Notes under the pieces: model-generated
Database searches by the model: none
What the model was told of the DNA's origin: nothing
What the model saw: the letters and a program-made list of their open reading frames with translations, nothing else
Program-made: the position numbers and the translations under genes
In this document: in pieces, positions 30,848 through 41,395 of the stretch
Layout: each line of letters starts with the position of its first letter
Numbering within the stretch: the first letter of the stretch is position 1
NCBI GenBank assembly: GCA_019058445.1
Contig: JAHPZA010000006.1
Coordinates: forward strand, 768,001 to 832,000
Reading direction: 5' to 3'
Source: Promethearchaeota archaeon
GTDB taxonomy: Archaea; Asgardarchaeota; Lokiarchaeia; Sigyniarchaeales; SOKP01
Length of the DNA: 64,000 bases

Positions 30848-31657
30848 ATGTCATACGAAAAGTATAAACTTCTTAAAATTCGCGTTCATAGGGGTGTTGC
30901 ATTTACCACAATTAATAATCCACCTATCAATCTTATAACCACAGAACTTGTCGCAGAGCTTTCAATGTTTTCTCAAGAAGTCGTAGCGGACGAGAAAGTT
31001 CGGGTTATAGTTTTCGATAGTGCCGATCCCGACTTTTTTCTCGCACATTATGATGTTGGGGAATTGAATGAACTCCCAGATGAAGCACCCCCTAAATCCA
31101 CTGAGCTTCATGAATATAATAAGGTTATTGAAGCTTTTCGTACTATGCCTAAAATATCGATTGGCAAGATCGAAGGGATTGCCCGTGGTGGAGGAAGTGA
31201 ATTCATATTAGGGCTTGATATGAGATTTGGGGCGATTGGTAAGACAATCGTAGGGCAACCAGAAGTTTTAGTGGGTATTATTCCCGGAGGGGGTGGTACT
31301 CAGCGACTCCCCCGCTTGATGGGGCGCTCCCGAGCAATGGAAGTCATTCTTAGCGGAAGCGATCTTTCCGCAGAATTAGCTGAACGTTATGGGTATATCA
31401 ATCGTGCTTTTCCCCCAGAAGAACTGAATTCATTTGTTAAAGTTCTTGCCTATCGGATTGCATCTCTCCCACCAGAGACAATTGCATTAGCAAAAAAAGC
31501 AGTATTAGCTGCTGAAGAATTGCCCATCGTTGAAGGTTTGCTCGAAGAGACATACTTATTCAATCAAGCTGTAGCCTTACCGGCAGCAAAAAAAAGAATG
31601 TCCCTTCTTCTTAAAATGGATGGTCAATCACGCGAAATGGAACGTGGAAGTAGATAA
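30848..31657 (+). CDS. Enoyl-CoA hydratase/isomerase (crotonase) family protein
   Basis: NNPPINL, SADPDFFLAHYD, GIARGGGSEF, GQPEV..GIIPGGGGTQRLPRL. ATG at 30848 preferred. Confidence 0.9.
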   Translation: MSYEKYKLLKIRVHRGVAFTTINNPPINLITTELVAELSMFSQEVVADEKVRVIVFDSADPDFFLAHYDVGELNELPDEAPPKSTELHEYNKVIEAFRTMPKISIGKIEGIARGGGSEFILGLDMRFGAIGKTIVGQPEVLVGIIPGGGGTQRLPRLMGRSRAMEVILSGSDLSAELAERYGYINRAFPPEELNSFVKVLAYRIASLPPETIALAKKAVLAAEELPIVEGLLEETYLFNQAVALPAAKKRMSLLLKMDGQSREMERGSR

Positions 31658-31840
31658 AATTTCATGAAAAATACAAGTTCTTCTCTAATTTCTTATTTTT
31701 TTATTCAATTTAAGGGAAAGCAGTCATTTTTTTATAAAATCCAATTCAATGAATGTAGTTGATTTGATTAATTAATTATATTTATATTTCCAGCAAATCA
31801 AATATAACTTAATTTTAAAATTTAAATGAGGGTATATTAT

Positions 31841-32689
31841 ATGAAATACGGACGTTTTAAATTTCTTAAAATTCGCATTGATCAAGGAGTTGCATTTGTA
31901 ACAATTGATAATCCCCCTATGAACCTTTTGAATATGCAACTAATAGGCGAATTTAATCGTCTGCAGAGAAAAATTGCTAGAGACGATGAAGTACGGGTAA
32001 TTGTATTTGATAGTGCCGATCCTGATTTTTTTATCGCACATTTTGATGTTTCTACTCTCGTGGTATATCCAGATCAGCCCCCTCCAAAATCCGATGTTTT
32101 AATTGGTATGCATCCGGTTTGTGAAGCATTCCGTACTATGCCAAAAGTATCAATCGCTAAATTAGAAGGAATAGCACGCGGAGGTGGAAGTGAATTCGTT
32201 CTTGCACTTGATATGAGATTTGGAGCAATCGGTAAAGCAATCTTAGGTCAACCAGAAATAGTGGTAGGTATAATTCCTGGAGGTGGTGGTACCCAGAGAC
32301 TCCCTCGCTTGATGGGGCGATCGCGTGCGATGGAAGCAATACTTGGAGGTATAGATTTTCCAGCTGAATTAGCTGAAAAATATGGATATATTAATCGTGC
32401 GTTTCCTCCAGATGAGTTAACATCTTACGTGGAGGATCTTGCGTATCGAATTGCTTCATTTCCCGCTGAATCAATTGCTATTGCTAAAAAGGCTGTTTTA
32501 ACCGCTTTAGAACAACCAATAGTTCAAGGCTTGCTTGAAGAAATGCATTTATTTAATCAAGCTTGTGCCTTACCAGCTGCTAAAGAGAGAATGAATTGGT
32601 ACCTTCAAAGAGATGGTCAAACCCGAGAAGCAGAACTCGATGAAGCTGGTCTGCTTAGTGAATTTAAAAAATGGAAGAGTGAACAATAA
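31841..32689 (+). CDS. Enoyl-CoA hydratase/isomerase family protein (tandem paralogue of the upstream gene)
   Basis: Same motifs with high identity to 30848..31657. ATG at 31841 follows GAGGG. Confidence 0.9.
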   Translation: MKYGRFKFLKIRIDQGVAFVTIDNPPMNLLNMQLIGEFNRLQRKIARDDEVRVIVFDSADPDFFIAHFDVSTLVVYPDQPPPKSDVLIGMHPVCEAFRTMPKVSIAKLEGIARGGGSEFVLALDMRFGAIGKAILGQPEIVVGIIPGGGGTQRLPRLMGRSRAMEAILGGIDFPAELAEKYGYINRAFPPDELTSYVEDLAYRIASFPAESIAIAKKAVLTALEQPIVQGLLEEMHLFNQACALPAAKERMNWYLQRDGQTREAELDEAGLLSEFKKWKSEQ

Positions 32690-32791
32690 AAGACATAGAA
32701 AACTTAAATAAGAACAAGATTAAATTGATACTAAACCAAGTGGTTATATGAAAGAATTATATATCAAAATGATTATAAAAAGGAGATTTAA

Positions 32792-33805
32792 ATGACCATA
32801 AAACTCTCACCTTTAGTTCATATTGAAATTACGGTTCCCAATGCAGAAGAGGCTTATCAAGTTCTTCATAAGGTATTTGGGGCTAAGAGAGTCCAAGAAC
32901 CATTCGAAAAATTTTTAGATGGTGAAATTGTGAAAGTGATTCATGTGGGACTTGGAGATGTGGTGTTACAATTTATTGAACCTGTACAAGAGGGGACTTC
33001 ATGGTATGAACAACTGAAAACCAAAGGTCCTGGAGTTCATAATTTGACGTTTACTGTAGAAAACATTAAAGAGACCGTGAAAGAACTGGAGAAAGAAGGT
33101 GGAATAGTACCCCTTTTTTCGTTTGATCTTGAATGGGAAAAAATGATACCTTCACAATACTTAAATCCGAATGCAAAGACCATATATATGATGGATTCTA
33201 TGGAAAAATTTGGATTTCATCTCGAGCTCGCTGAAGTTCCTTACACTAAAGATTTAAAACTGCCTGAAACCCGTTATGTGACAGGATTCAATGAATTAAT
33301 TGGGAATGTATCACCTATGCTCCACATAGAATTAGTCACGAATGATGCTGAGAAGACCTATGAGCTACTACATAAGCTTTTTGGTTCAGAAAAAGTAGAA
33401 ATCGAGTTTGCTGATTTCTTAGACACTCCTTTCATGCACATTATTCATGTAAATCTGAGTAATGTGGTTTTACAATACTGCCAACCTTTAGTTAAGAAAG
33501 GTGTTCCAAGTTGGTCTGAACTTCTGGATAAAAATGGGTCCTATGTTCACAATATCACATTTATAGTGGACAATATTCCAGAAACAGCTGAAAAATTTAA
33601 GAAAGAGGGAATAACTCCCGTTTTCACGTTTCCACTTCAATGGAATAAAGTAATCGAGAATGCTAAAACCGACCTACCACCAATCCATATGATGAATACT
33701 TTCGAGAAACTCGGCTTCCATTTAGAGCTTGGAGAAATGGTAACAGAGGATCCTAGCTCTACTAAAGAATTTTTATTTGTTGATTTGACAGATTTTAAAA
33801 AATAA
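32792..33805 (+). CDS. Double-domain VOC (glyoxalase/methylmalonyl-CoA epimerase-like) protein
   Basis: Two internal repeats, each with SP..HIE...LQ(F/Y)..P...GxxVHN.TF...GFHLEL metal-ligand pattern (H,Q,H,E). Confidence 0.82.
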   Translation: MTIKLSPLVHIEITVPNAEEAYQVLHKVFGAKRVQEPFEKFLDGEIVKVIHVGLGDVVLQFIEPVQEGTSWYEQLKTKGPGVHNLTFTVENIKETVKELEKEGGIVPLFSFDLEWEKMIPSQYLNPNAKTIYMMDSMEKFGFHLELAEVPYTKDLKLPETRYVTGFNELIGNVSPMLHIELVTNDAEKTYELLHKLFGSEKVEIEFADFLDTPFMHIIHVNLSNVVLQYCQPLVKKGVPSWSELLDKNGSYVHNITFIVDNIPETAEKFKKEGITPVFTFPLQWNKVIENAKTDLPPIHMMNTFEKLGFHLELGEMVTEDPSSTKEFLFVDLTDFKK

Positions 33806-33854
33806 AAAAAATACAACTTTTTAAAATCTTTTTTTTAATTATGACTACCTATAT

Positions 33855-34196
33855 TTATTCAGGAATTAGGAATTCAGATAATTCTTTGCCTATTAATGTT
33901 TTTCCTTCTCTACTTGTTAATGATGCCGCTATTTCAAATGTGTATCCTTCGATATCTTGTGCGTAACTACTCAAGCGTCTAACAAAAAAATTTATTGCTT
34001 CTTTAAATTTCCCTTTTACTACTTTAAATATACCGGTTCCCTTTATACCAGTTTTAGTTGCCCAAGACTCCCATGGAGTTAGAGGTTTTATGAATGGAGA
34101 ATTTATAGGATATATTTTTTCAACCTCAATAAATTTTTTCGCAACTTCATTACTTTTCTCAATAGGGTACCATACATTAATTAAAATATTTACCAC
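33855..34196 (-). CDS. Small hypothetical protein
   Basis: Intact ~113-aa ORF with SD-like AGGAAGTGG upstream of GTG; VWYP...KSNEVAKKFIEV pattern. Confidence 0.65.
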   Translation of the reverse strand: MVNILINVWYPIEKSNEVAKKFIEVEKIYPINSPFIKPLTPWESWATKTGIKGTGIFKVVKGKFKEAINFFVRRLSSYAQDIEGYTFEIAASLTSREGKTLIGKELSEFLIPE

Positions 34197-34246
34197 TTTA
34201 TCCACTTCCTTTTGATTTTATAAGTCAAATTTAAAATAAAAATAAG

Positions 34247-34522
34247 CTAAATAATCTTTTCTTTTTAAAATTTTTGAATATCCTCATCAGTATAATTTAG
34301 CCATTCTAAAATTTCTTTTGTGTTCTGTCCTATTTTGAGGGCAGGACTTCGTATTGTAGGAGGTGTCCTTGACATTTTAATCGGTGAAGCTAAATTTTTA
34401 ATTTTTCCCAATACTAGATGGTCCATTTCAACAACTATATTACGTGCAATAATTTGAGGGTCTTCACACGCCTCGGCAAAATTTTTAATAGGTGCGATAT
34501 AAGTATCATAATTTTTAAAAAT
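34247..34522 (-). pseudogene. C-terminal remnant of a family III (CaiB/BaiF) CoA-transferase
   Basis: Hand translation: IFKNYDTYIAPIKNFAEACEDPQIIARNIVVEMDHLVLGKIKNLASPIKMSRTPPTIRSPALKIGQNTKEILEWLNYTDEDIQKF*KEKII*. Matches the CaiB/BaiF C-terminal consensus; no N-terminal part; premature stop. Confidence 0.85.
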
Positions 34523-34654
34523 TTACTCTAGGACAGCCAGGCTTAGGTTTTACTAATGTAATGCATGTTTTTTTTAGAGATCTTTAATATCTTTTTTTCT
34601 AATTTTTATTGAAGAATGTTTTACTTCAAAAACTTAAGTAAAAAATAAATAAAA

Positions 34655-35359
34655 TTAGTGTAATTCTTTATGTAATTTTTTTCTTTTTAATTCTTTGATG
34701 CATCTAGGTATATCTCCATATCCTTCCACAGCACCAGCAATAAGTAAATAAGAATATATAATTGTAAATGGAAGCCATAATATCCAATAATTGATATTTA
34801 AGCAAGTAGTGATAATAAGATGTGCTAAAAATTGAATCAAGTTTACTGGCGTTCCAATCAAATGCAATAATGCCCGTCTATTGAAATTTGACCTTAAATA
34901 TGATGAATATTCTATATCTAATGTTGGTTGAAATCTATATATTCCCCACCCATTAAACCTTATTTTAAATAGCTTCGCAATAAGAAGATGCGATAATTCA
35001 TGAGGTCCTAACATTATTAAAAAGATAAATAATATCCATAAGAAGAATCCAATCCAAAATAATTGTTTAGATCTATTTAAAGGAATTGACTGACTCAGAA
35101 TAAAGAAATCAAACCACCACATCCATGCTATAATACCAATCAATAGTGTGCCCACCGATAATAAAGTATTACTCCACATCTTATACAATCTCCATGGAGT
35201 ATTCTGTGCTTTTATATTTCCAAACTTTTCTGCTACTCTTTCTGGTACGGAATTATATTTTACTTTCGCTTCATGGACTAATTTCCAGAATTCCTTCTTT
35301 TCATTTGGAGATAATTTTCCTTTATTGAGAAACCCATCTAATTTATCTTCTAATTCCAT
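34655..35359 (-). CDS. Membrane protein with HExxH motif (M50/site-2 protease-like)
   Basis: GPHELSH within a TM helix; downstream LIGTPVN and GYGD motifs. ATG at 35359 avoids overlap with the upstream gene. Confidence 0.6.
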   Translation of the reverse strand: MELEDKLDGFLNKGKLSPNEKKEFWKLVHEAKVKYNSVPERVAEKFGNIKAQNTPWRLYKMWSNTLLSVGTLLIGIIAWMWWFDFFILSQSIPLNRSKQLFWIGFFLWILFIFLIMLGPHELSHLLIAKLFKIRFNGWGIYRFQPTLDIEYSSYLRSNFNRRALLHLIGTPVNLIQFLAHLIITTCLNINYWILWLPFTIIYSYLLIAGAVEGYGDIPRCIKELKRKKLHKELH

Positions 35360-35375
35360 TATAGATCTCTTGAGG

Positions 35376-35825
35376 TTATAATAATTCCTTAGTATATTTA
35401 AGACCAAATAAAGGCGCTTCAATCATTAATAAAAGAATAGTATTTAATATGGCATTTGACCAATTTAAAAAATAAATAGAGACCATTGTATCTGGGATAT
35501 ACCATAATAAAATTGTAATAACCATTGCTGTCCAAGCCCAATTCTCTTTTTTCCTAAGGGGATACCATACTATAAAGATCATTACACTACTCCATCCAAT
35601 TATGGTTGCTCCCATTACTGCGGTAAGAAAATTAATGAACGAATATGCTTGTGGATTATAGCTATTATAATCCTGACCAACACTACTTAATAAAGCTTGT
35701 GAATTGGACATTAGTCCCATTACATACATCAATATTCCAAAAATAGAAATGATAATACAGTCGATTAAAAGGAGACTCCACCATATTTTATAATTTTTTG
35801 AAGTTTGAATATCTGTATTTGACAT
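35376..35825 (-). CDS. Small 4-TM membrane protein of unknown function
   Basis: GATIIGW...PLRKKENWAW...WYIPDT..S pattern; GAGGG SD upstream. Confidence 0.75.
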   Translation of the reverse strand: MSNTDIQTSKNYKIWWSLLLIDCIIISIFGILMYVMGLMSNSQALLSSVGQDYNSYNPQAYSFINFLTAVMGATIIGWSSVMIFIVWYPLRKKENWAWTAMVITILLWYIPDTMVSIYFLNWSNAILNTILLLMIEAPLFGLKYTKELL

Positions 35826-36187
35826 TTTCCCTCATTTTAATTTTTATTTTAAAAAATATTCGAGTTTTTTGTGAGAAAATTAATATTTGCTTTTAAATAT
35901 TATGGAAAATTCTGTTAAATCAACGCTATCCTAATATATCGAAACAAATTTCGATTTAAACGGAAATTCCGTATTTTTAATGAATTACGGAATTCTCGTA
36001 AAAATATAGTCACAAAAATGAAATTTGACTTTTTTTTATATTTCTCCTTTTTTTGAAAATTTTATGGAATAAAATCTTAATTCAAACTTCAATATATTCG
36101 AGAATTGTTCTCAACTTTTTATAATCGAAATAGAAAAAAATGGAAATAAAAAAATATATGCATTAAATTCTTTGAGTAGTTTACTGC

Positions 36188-37720
36188 TTAATCCTCTTCT
36201 TTGACGATGTATTTTGCCATGTCATCATCGTAACTATACATGTGGAACTTATTAGGGCTAAGTAAGAAATTTGGATCTACAGTTTTTTTCATATCCTTAA
36301 AGAATTGCCTAAATTCGGGGGTATAGGCATCAGCTTCAACAACTGATTGTGAAATCGACTCTCCAAGCCAATAATGCGCTGCTCCATATCGAACCTGAGA
36401 TCTTATCTTCTTATGCCAAATATTCATATTCTTTTCGCGCTGCCCATCCACATTATCACCGCCGACACCTCCTAATACCACATAATTTCCGTTTGGTAAG
36501 AAGTATAGCATAGAGGCAAATATGCCAGGAAAACTTCCAGGGGGATATTCATCTTTATGTTTTAAACTAAAATCTTTAATCTTTTTATACACCTCCCCCA
36601 TAGTTGAAATTGGAATCTTGTGACAAGTAGCCATTGAAATTCTAGAAGGCACAGGGGAAATAGATGCTTGAAAAAATTGGAATGTTGTCTTTAAGTTATA
36701 ACCCCATTCTGGAGCCGCTTCTAATTCGGGATTAAAAATTTTATACGATAAAGGTTGAGTATCGTTTTCCATAATCCTCTCAAGTTTTTCCAGATGTGTA
36801 TCGAGAATACTTTTTTCAGTTGCTTCCAATAGTATATTCATGAGCGGACCTCTTATTTTTAGCTTTTTAAATTCCCTAATGGGTGATTGAGCGGCGACCA
36901 TTTGAACTAAAATTGTAGGCAGTACAGAGAGGTCATGTAATCCTTCTGCTAACTCAAATCTTATCTTATGCGATAGTTCAAATACTTTATTGTAATCCTC
37001 TTTATTAAGGAAATACATTCGTGCGGCTTTATAGGGAGGATCGCGGTGTAACCTCAGAAAAGCCTTAGTTTTAATCCCCATGGTTCCTACATCGCCCATA
37101 AACAGGCCTGTGAAGTCAGGAGCAACACCGTACCTGCAAAAGGGTTGCGCATACTTGTTTGCTGCAGATCCAGTTCTAATTATAGTTCCCTGGGGATTAG
37201 GCAGTACAACCTCAACTCCAAGGCAAATATCCGGTACTAAACCATATTTAGTGGAACCTCCTCCAGCAGTACTGTTTGAAAGACCCCCTCCAATTGTTGC
37301 AGAAAATCCACTTCCTGGACCAATAATACCTGTAGTATATCCTGTAGGGTGCAGTGCTGATATGAGAGCACCCCATGTAACTCCACACTCCACAACGATA
37401 TAGTAATCTTTTTTATTAATCTCCAATATTTTATTCATTCTTGTAAGGTCTATAAGAATTCCTCCTTGAGTTACGGAACCACCCACTAAGTCGGCTCCTC
37501 CGCCTCTTGGAACCATTTTAATTTTATATTTGTTAGCAATCTTTACAATTTCGGAAATTTCTTCAACGGTTTCGGGTCGCACAATCATATCCGCCCATCT
37601 ATCCGGAAAAGCAGGATCAACATTCCTACTATATGCAGCTTTCATGAAATCTTTATCTGTAATAAAATCTTGTCCAACAATACCTTCGATTGCTTTATAG
37701 GCATCTTTTACTTTCGACAT
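36188..37720 (-). CDS. FAD-binding oxidoreductase (VAO/GlcD-like), paralogue 2
   Basis: Same FAD-binding motifs as 18211..19740. Confidence 0.88.
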   Translation of the reverse strand: MSKVKDAYKAIEGIVGQDFITDKDFMKAAYSRNVDPAFPDRWADMIVRPETVEEISEIVKIANKYKIKMVPRGGGADLVGGSVTQGGILIDLTRMNKILEINKKDYYIVVECGVTWGALISALHPTGYTTGIIGPGSGFSATIGGGLSNSTAGGGSTKYGLVPDICLGVEVVLPNPQGTIIRTGSAANKYAQPFCRYGVAPDFTGLFMGDVGTMGIKTKAFLRLHRDPPYKAARMYFLNKEDYNKVFELSHKIRFELAEGLHDLSVLPTILVQMVAAQSPIREFKKLKIRGPLMNILLEATEKSILDTHLEKLERIMENDTQPLSYKIFNPELEAAPEWGYNLKTTFQFFQASISPVPSRISMATCHKIPISTMGEVYKKIKDFSLKHKDEYPPGSFPGIFASMLYFLPNGNYVVLGGVGGDNVDGQREKNMNIWHKKIRSQVRYGAAHYWLGESISQSVVEADAYTPEFRQFFKDMKKTVDPNFLLSPNKFHMYSYDDDMAKYIVKEED

Positions 37721-37831
37721 TTCACCACCTTTATTTTAATTTTTTTTATTAGAGCTATTTTTTTTGGTTTATTTAATATTTTTGACTAAATTGTATTTAA
37801 AAGAGTGATTTCTTAAATTATTAAAATTTAT

Positions 37832-39505
37832 TTAATCTCGTTTGATTTCATATCCCGTCTTTTCTCTGTCATAAGTACTTTCTGTTATTCCGCGTTCTTT
37901 GAGATAGCGTTTCATAACTCGATGAACTTCACTTTTAGGGAGCTTTTCAACAAAATCAATATATCGAGGAATCATAAAATAGGCCATTTTCCCTTGGCAG
38001 AAATCTAAAAGTTCTTCTGGGGTCATTCTCTCACCCGGTTTTAATACTACCGAAACCATTACTTCATCCTCACCTAATTCAGATTTAACACCATAAGCAG
38101 CTGATTCTAAAACCTTATCGTGTAAATTTATTACTCTTTCAACACTATAGGGTGCAATATTTTCTCCACGGCGTCTAATAGATTCTTTTTTCCTATCTAC
38201 GAAATAAAACCAGCCCTCATTATCCTTATATGCTAAATCCCCCGTATGAAACCATTTTTGGCCGTCATTGCCTTCAAATATTAGACTTTTCGAAGATTCC
38301 TCGTCTTTGTAGTATTTAACGGTTCTTTGCTTGACTTCACTCTCTCTGACTAAAAAAACTAATTCTCCGACCTTTTCTGATTCTTTGAAAATTGTGCCAT
38401 CTTCATCCATTATTTCAGCAACTACTCCTGGTAATGGTTTTCCCATTGTACCGGGAGGAACTTCTTCTGCGCCACCTGTTGTGAGCATGAATCCTCCTCC
38501 GTCAGTAGCGCCATAACCTTCAGATAGTTTCACACCAAATCTTTCCTGAAATGCCACCCATAATTCTTTCGGGCATGCTGCAGAATTAATTTGCCTTACA
38601 CTATGATCCTTGTCATTTGGTCTTTCTGGTTGTTTCATTAGGATTGGAATCATAGCTCCTAATGCGTTATGTGCAGTCACTCCATATTTACGACAAATAT
38701 CCCAATGTCTGCTGGCGCTAAATCTTTTTGCTAAAATTAATGGTCTTTCTGAAAAGTAAGCTGGTAAACTGGTTAGAAATAATGCATTTGAATGGAATAA
38801 GGGTAAACATGTAAATAATATATCATCTGAGGCAGCCAGCATAGAAATCATTCCCATTAGTGTTTGGATACTTAGTCCACCAATCAATTTACCTTGCCAA
38901 AACATAACTGCTTTAGGAAGTCCCGTTGTGCCCGCAGTATACATGAGCATTACTATATCTTTAGTGCTTATCTCCAGTTCGATATCATCATTAGATGCCT
39001 TCATAACTTCTTGAAGAGATATAACGCTCTCTGGTAATTTAAACTCCTCAGGAGCTTCATTGGTATCAACAATTATACATCTAATTTCGGGTAATCTTTC
39101 CTTAACTTCCATAACAGCGTCTAAAAATGACCAATGAACAATAACAGCCGACGCATCAGAGTGATCTATTATAAACTGTAAGCCATCTCCTCTTAAGGCT
39201 ATATTTACCATCACAGAATACATTCCGGTCTTAAATGTGGCAAAAACAGTTAAAAGGAATTCAGGGGAATTAATCTCCATGAGAGCAACACCTTCACCCT
39301 TTTTCAAACCTAATTTAAGAAGTCCGTTTCCTAAACGATTTGATAATAAATGTATATCCTTATAAGTGTATTTCTCATCAATTCCTTTATCAAAGTCCCT
39401 AATATACGTCATATACACTTTATCCGGGACAGTCTCTGCTTTATGTTTAATAATATCTCTTAATAAGGTTCTTCTTGAAACTCTGAATTTTTTGGTTTTT
39501 GACAT
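37832..39505 (-). CDS. AMP-forming acyl-CoA ligase (CaiC-like)
   Basis: YTAGTTGLPKA, LPLFHSNA, RFSASRHW, EGYGATD, FHTGDL, FVDRKKESIRRRGENI. Confidence 0.92.
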   Translation of the reverse strand: MSKTKKFRVSRRTLLRDIIKHKAETVPDKVYMTYIRDFDKGIDEKYTYKDIHLLSNRLGNGLLKLGLKKGEGVALMEINSPEFLLTVFATFKTGMYSVMVNIALRGDGLQFIIDHSDASAVIVHWSFLDAVMEVKERLPEIRCIIVDTNEAPEEFKLPESVISLQEVMKASNDDIELEISTKDIVMLMYTAGTTGLPKAVMFWQGKLIGGLSIQTLMGMISMLAASDDILFTCLPLFHSNALFLTSLPAYFSERPLILAKRFSASRHWDICRKYGVTAHNALGAMIPILMKQPERPNDKDHSVRQINSAACPKELWVAFQERFGVKLSEGYGATDGGGFMLTTGGAEEVPPGTMGKPLPGVVAEIMDEDGTIFKESEKVGELVFLVRESEVKQRTVKYYKDEESSKSLIFEGNDGQKWFHTGDLAYKDNEGWFYFVDRKKESIRRRGENIAPYSVERVINLHDKVLESAAYGVKSELGEDEVMVSVVLKPGERMTPEELLDFCQGKMAYFMIPRYIDFVEKLPKSEVHRVMKRYLKERGITESTYDREKTGYEIKRD

Positions 39506-39604
39506 TTTACCTCATTTTTAATTTTTTTTTCATAATGATGTGTTTTACTTAAAAATAAATAAAATAATTATTTCCAATATTGAATATTATTAAAATTAAT
39601 CTAC

Positions 39605-41323
39605 TTATGCCCCCTTAAAATATCCTCCTTTTTCTCGGTCATAAGTATCTTTTGTTACTCCGCGTTCTTTAAGAAATCGCTTCATTATCCGATGGACTTC
39701 GCTCTTGGGAAGTTCTTCCACGAATTCGATAAATCGAGGAATTTGAAATGTAGCAAGTTTATCTTTACAATAGTCAAGTAATTCTTCAGGAGTCAAGGTT
39801 TCACTAGGTTTTAAAATCACAGCTACCATCACCTCATCTTCAGCATAATCTTCTCCCACCTGAGACGATTTTATACCGTAAGCTGCTGATTCCAAAACTT
39901 TATCATGTCTATTAATTATTTTTTCAATACTCCATGCTGCAATGTTTTCTCCACGTCTCCTAATTGAATCTTTTTTCCGATCCACGAAGAAGACCCATCC
40001 CTCTTTATCTTTTGTTGCTAAATCCCCGGTATGAAACCATAATTGCCCATCTGCTCCTTTTTGAATTAATCTTTTAGACGCAGCTTCATCTTTATAATAT
40101 TTAACCTGTCTCTGTTCTTTTTCCTCTTCTCTTACTAAAAAGACTAGTTCTCCTACTTCATCGGATCCTAAAATATTACCATCCTCATCCATAATTTCTG
40201 CAACAACATTACCCGCGGGTTTTCCCATAGTACCCACTGGAGGTTTTTCTTTTTCTCTGCCATAAGTTCCCAAGAAAAAACCCCCTCCATCCACTGCACC
40301 ATAAGCCTCATAGACTTTCACATTAAATCTCTCTTCAAATTCCTCAATTAGTTCTTTAGGGCATGCAGCTGAATTCACACGCCACACTTTATTCTCTCCA
40401 TCGTTCGGTCGTGGAGGTTGTTTTAACAAATATTGTGGCATTGAGCCCAATAGGTTAAAATTTGTCACTTTATATTTTCGAATCATATCCCAAAATCTTG
40501 AAGCAGAAAACCTCTTTGCGAGGATAACGGGCCACTCCGCCATATATCCAGGCATTGTGGTTAATTGAAGAGCATTTCCATGGAATAATGGTAAACAAGT
40601 GAACAACACATCACCTGGACGACCTACCATAAACGCGATTAAATTGATATACCCCAGCGCATCGCCCATCAAAGATTTTCCATAAAAGAAAGTCGTGGCT
40701 TTAGGGAGCCCGGTGGTTCCTGATGTATATATTAGGATGGCCATATCGTTTGGATCGATGTCTACTTCGATATCATCCTCAGGGGCATCCATTACACTTT
40801 GTAGAGATAATGTATCCTCAGGTAATTTAAAATCATTTGGGGCTTCATTTTTATCTATAATAACATATTTGATTTTTGGCAATTGATCCTTTATTTTTAA
40901 ATACGCGTCTACTAAAGTCCAATGAAGGATAAAGGCTTTAGAATCACTATGATTAATAATATATTGTAATCCATCCCCTCTTAACCCCGTATTAACTAAC
41001 ACTACATAACAGCCCATTTTAAAACTAGCAAACAATACAAAGAGATATTCAGGACTATTTATTTCAAATATGGAAATTCCATCCCCCTTTTTTAATCCCA
41101 ATTTCATTAAACCATTGGCTAATCGGTTGGATTGTATATGCATATCTTTATATGTATATTTCTCCTCAATATTATTATCAAAATCTCGAATGTAAGTTAA
41201 GAGTACTTTATCTCCTACTCTTTCTGCTTTCCGTTTTACAATATCACCAAAAGTAGTGGTTTGGGTAATTCCTTCTTTTTTCTTAACCATATTTAAATAC
41301 ATTTCAATTTGTTCTTGCGACAT
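39605..41323 (-). CDS. AMP-forming acyl-CoA ligase (CaiC-like)
   Basis: YTSGTTGLPKA, EAYGAVD, FHTGDL, FVDRKKDSIRRRGENI. Confidence 0.92.
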   Translation of the reverse strand: MSQEQIEMYLNMVKKKEGITQTTTFGDIVKRKAERVGDKVLLTYIRDFDNNIEEKYTYKDMHIQSNRLANGLMKLGLKKGDGISIFEINSPEYLFVLFASFKMGCYVVLVNTGLRGDGLQYIINHSDSKAFILHWTLVDAYLKIKDQLPKIKYVIIDKNEAPNDFKLPEDTLSLQSVMDAPEDDIEVDIDPNDMAILIYTSGTTGLPKATTFFYGKSLMGDALGYINLIAFMVGRPGDVLFTCLPLFHGNALQLTTMPGYMAEWPVILAKRFSASRFWDMIRKYKVTNFNLLGSMPQYLLKQPPRPNDGENKVWRVNSAACPKELIEEFEERFNVKVYEAYGAVDGGGFFLGTYGREKEKPPVGTMGKPAGNVVAEIMDEDGNILGSDEVGELVFLVREEEKEQRQVKYYKDEAASKRLIQKGADGQLWFHTGDLATKDKEGWVFFVDRKKDSIRRRGENIAAWSIEKIINRHDKVLESAAYGIKSSQVGEDYAEDEVMVAVILKPSETLTPEELLDYCKDKLATFQIPRFIEFVEELPKSEVHRIMKRFLKERGVTKDTYDREKGGYFKGA

Positions 41324-41395
41324 CTTTAATCAATTTGTATCTTATATTTCTGAAAGTATGTTCTATAACTTGTTTAAAATATATTAAAAAAAAGA

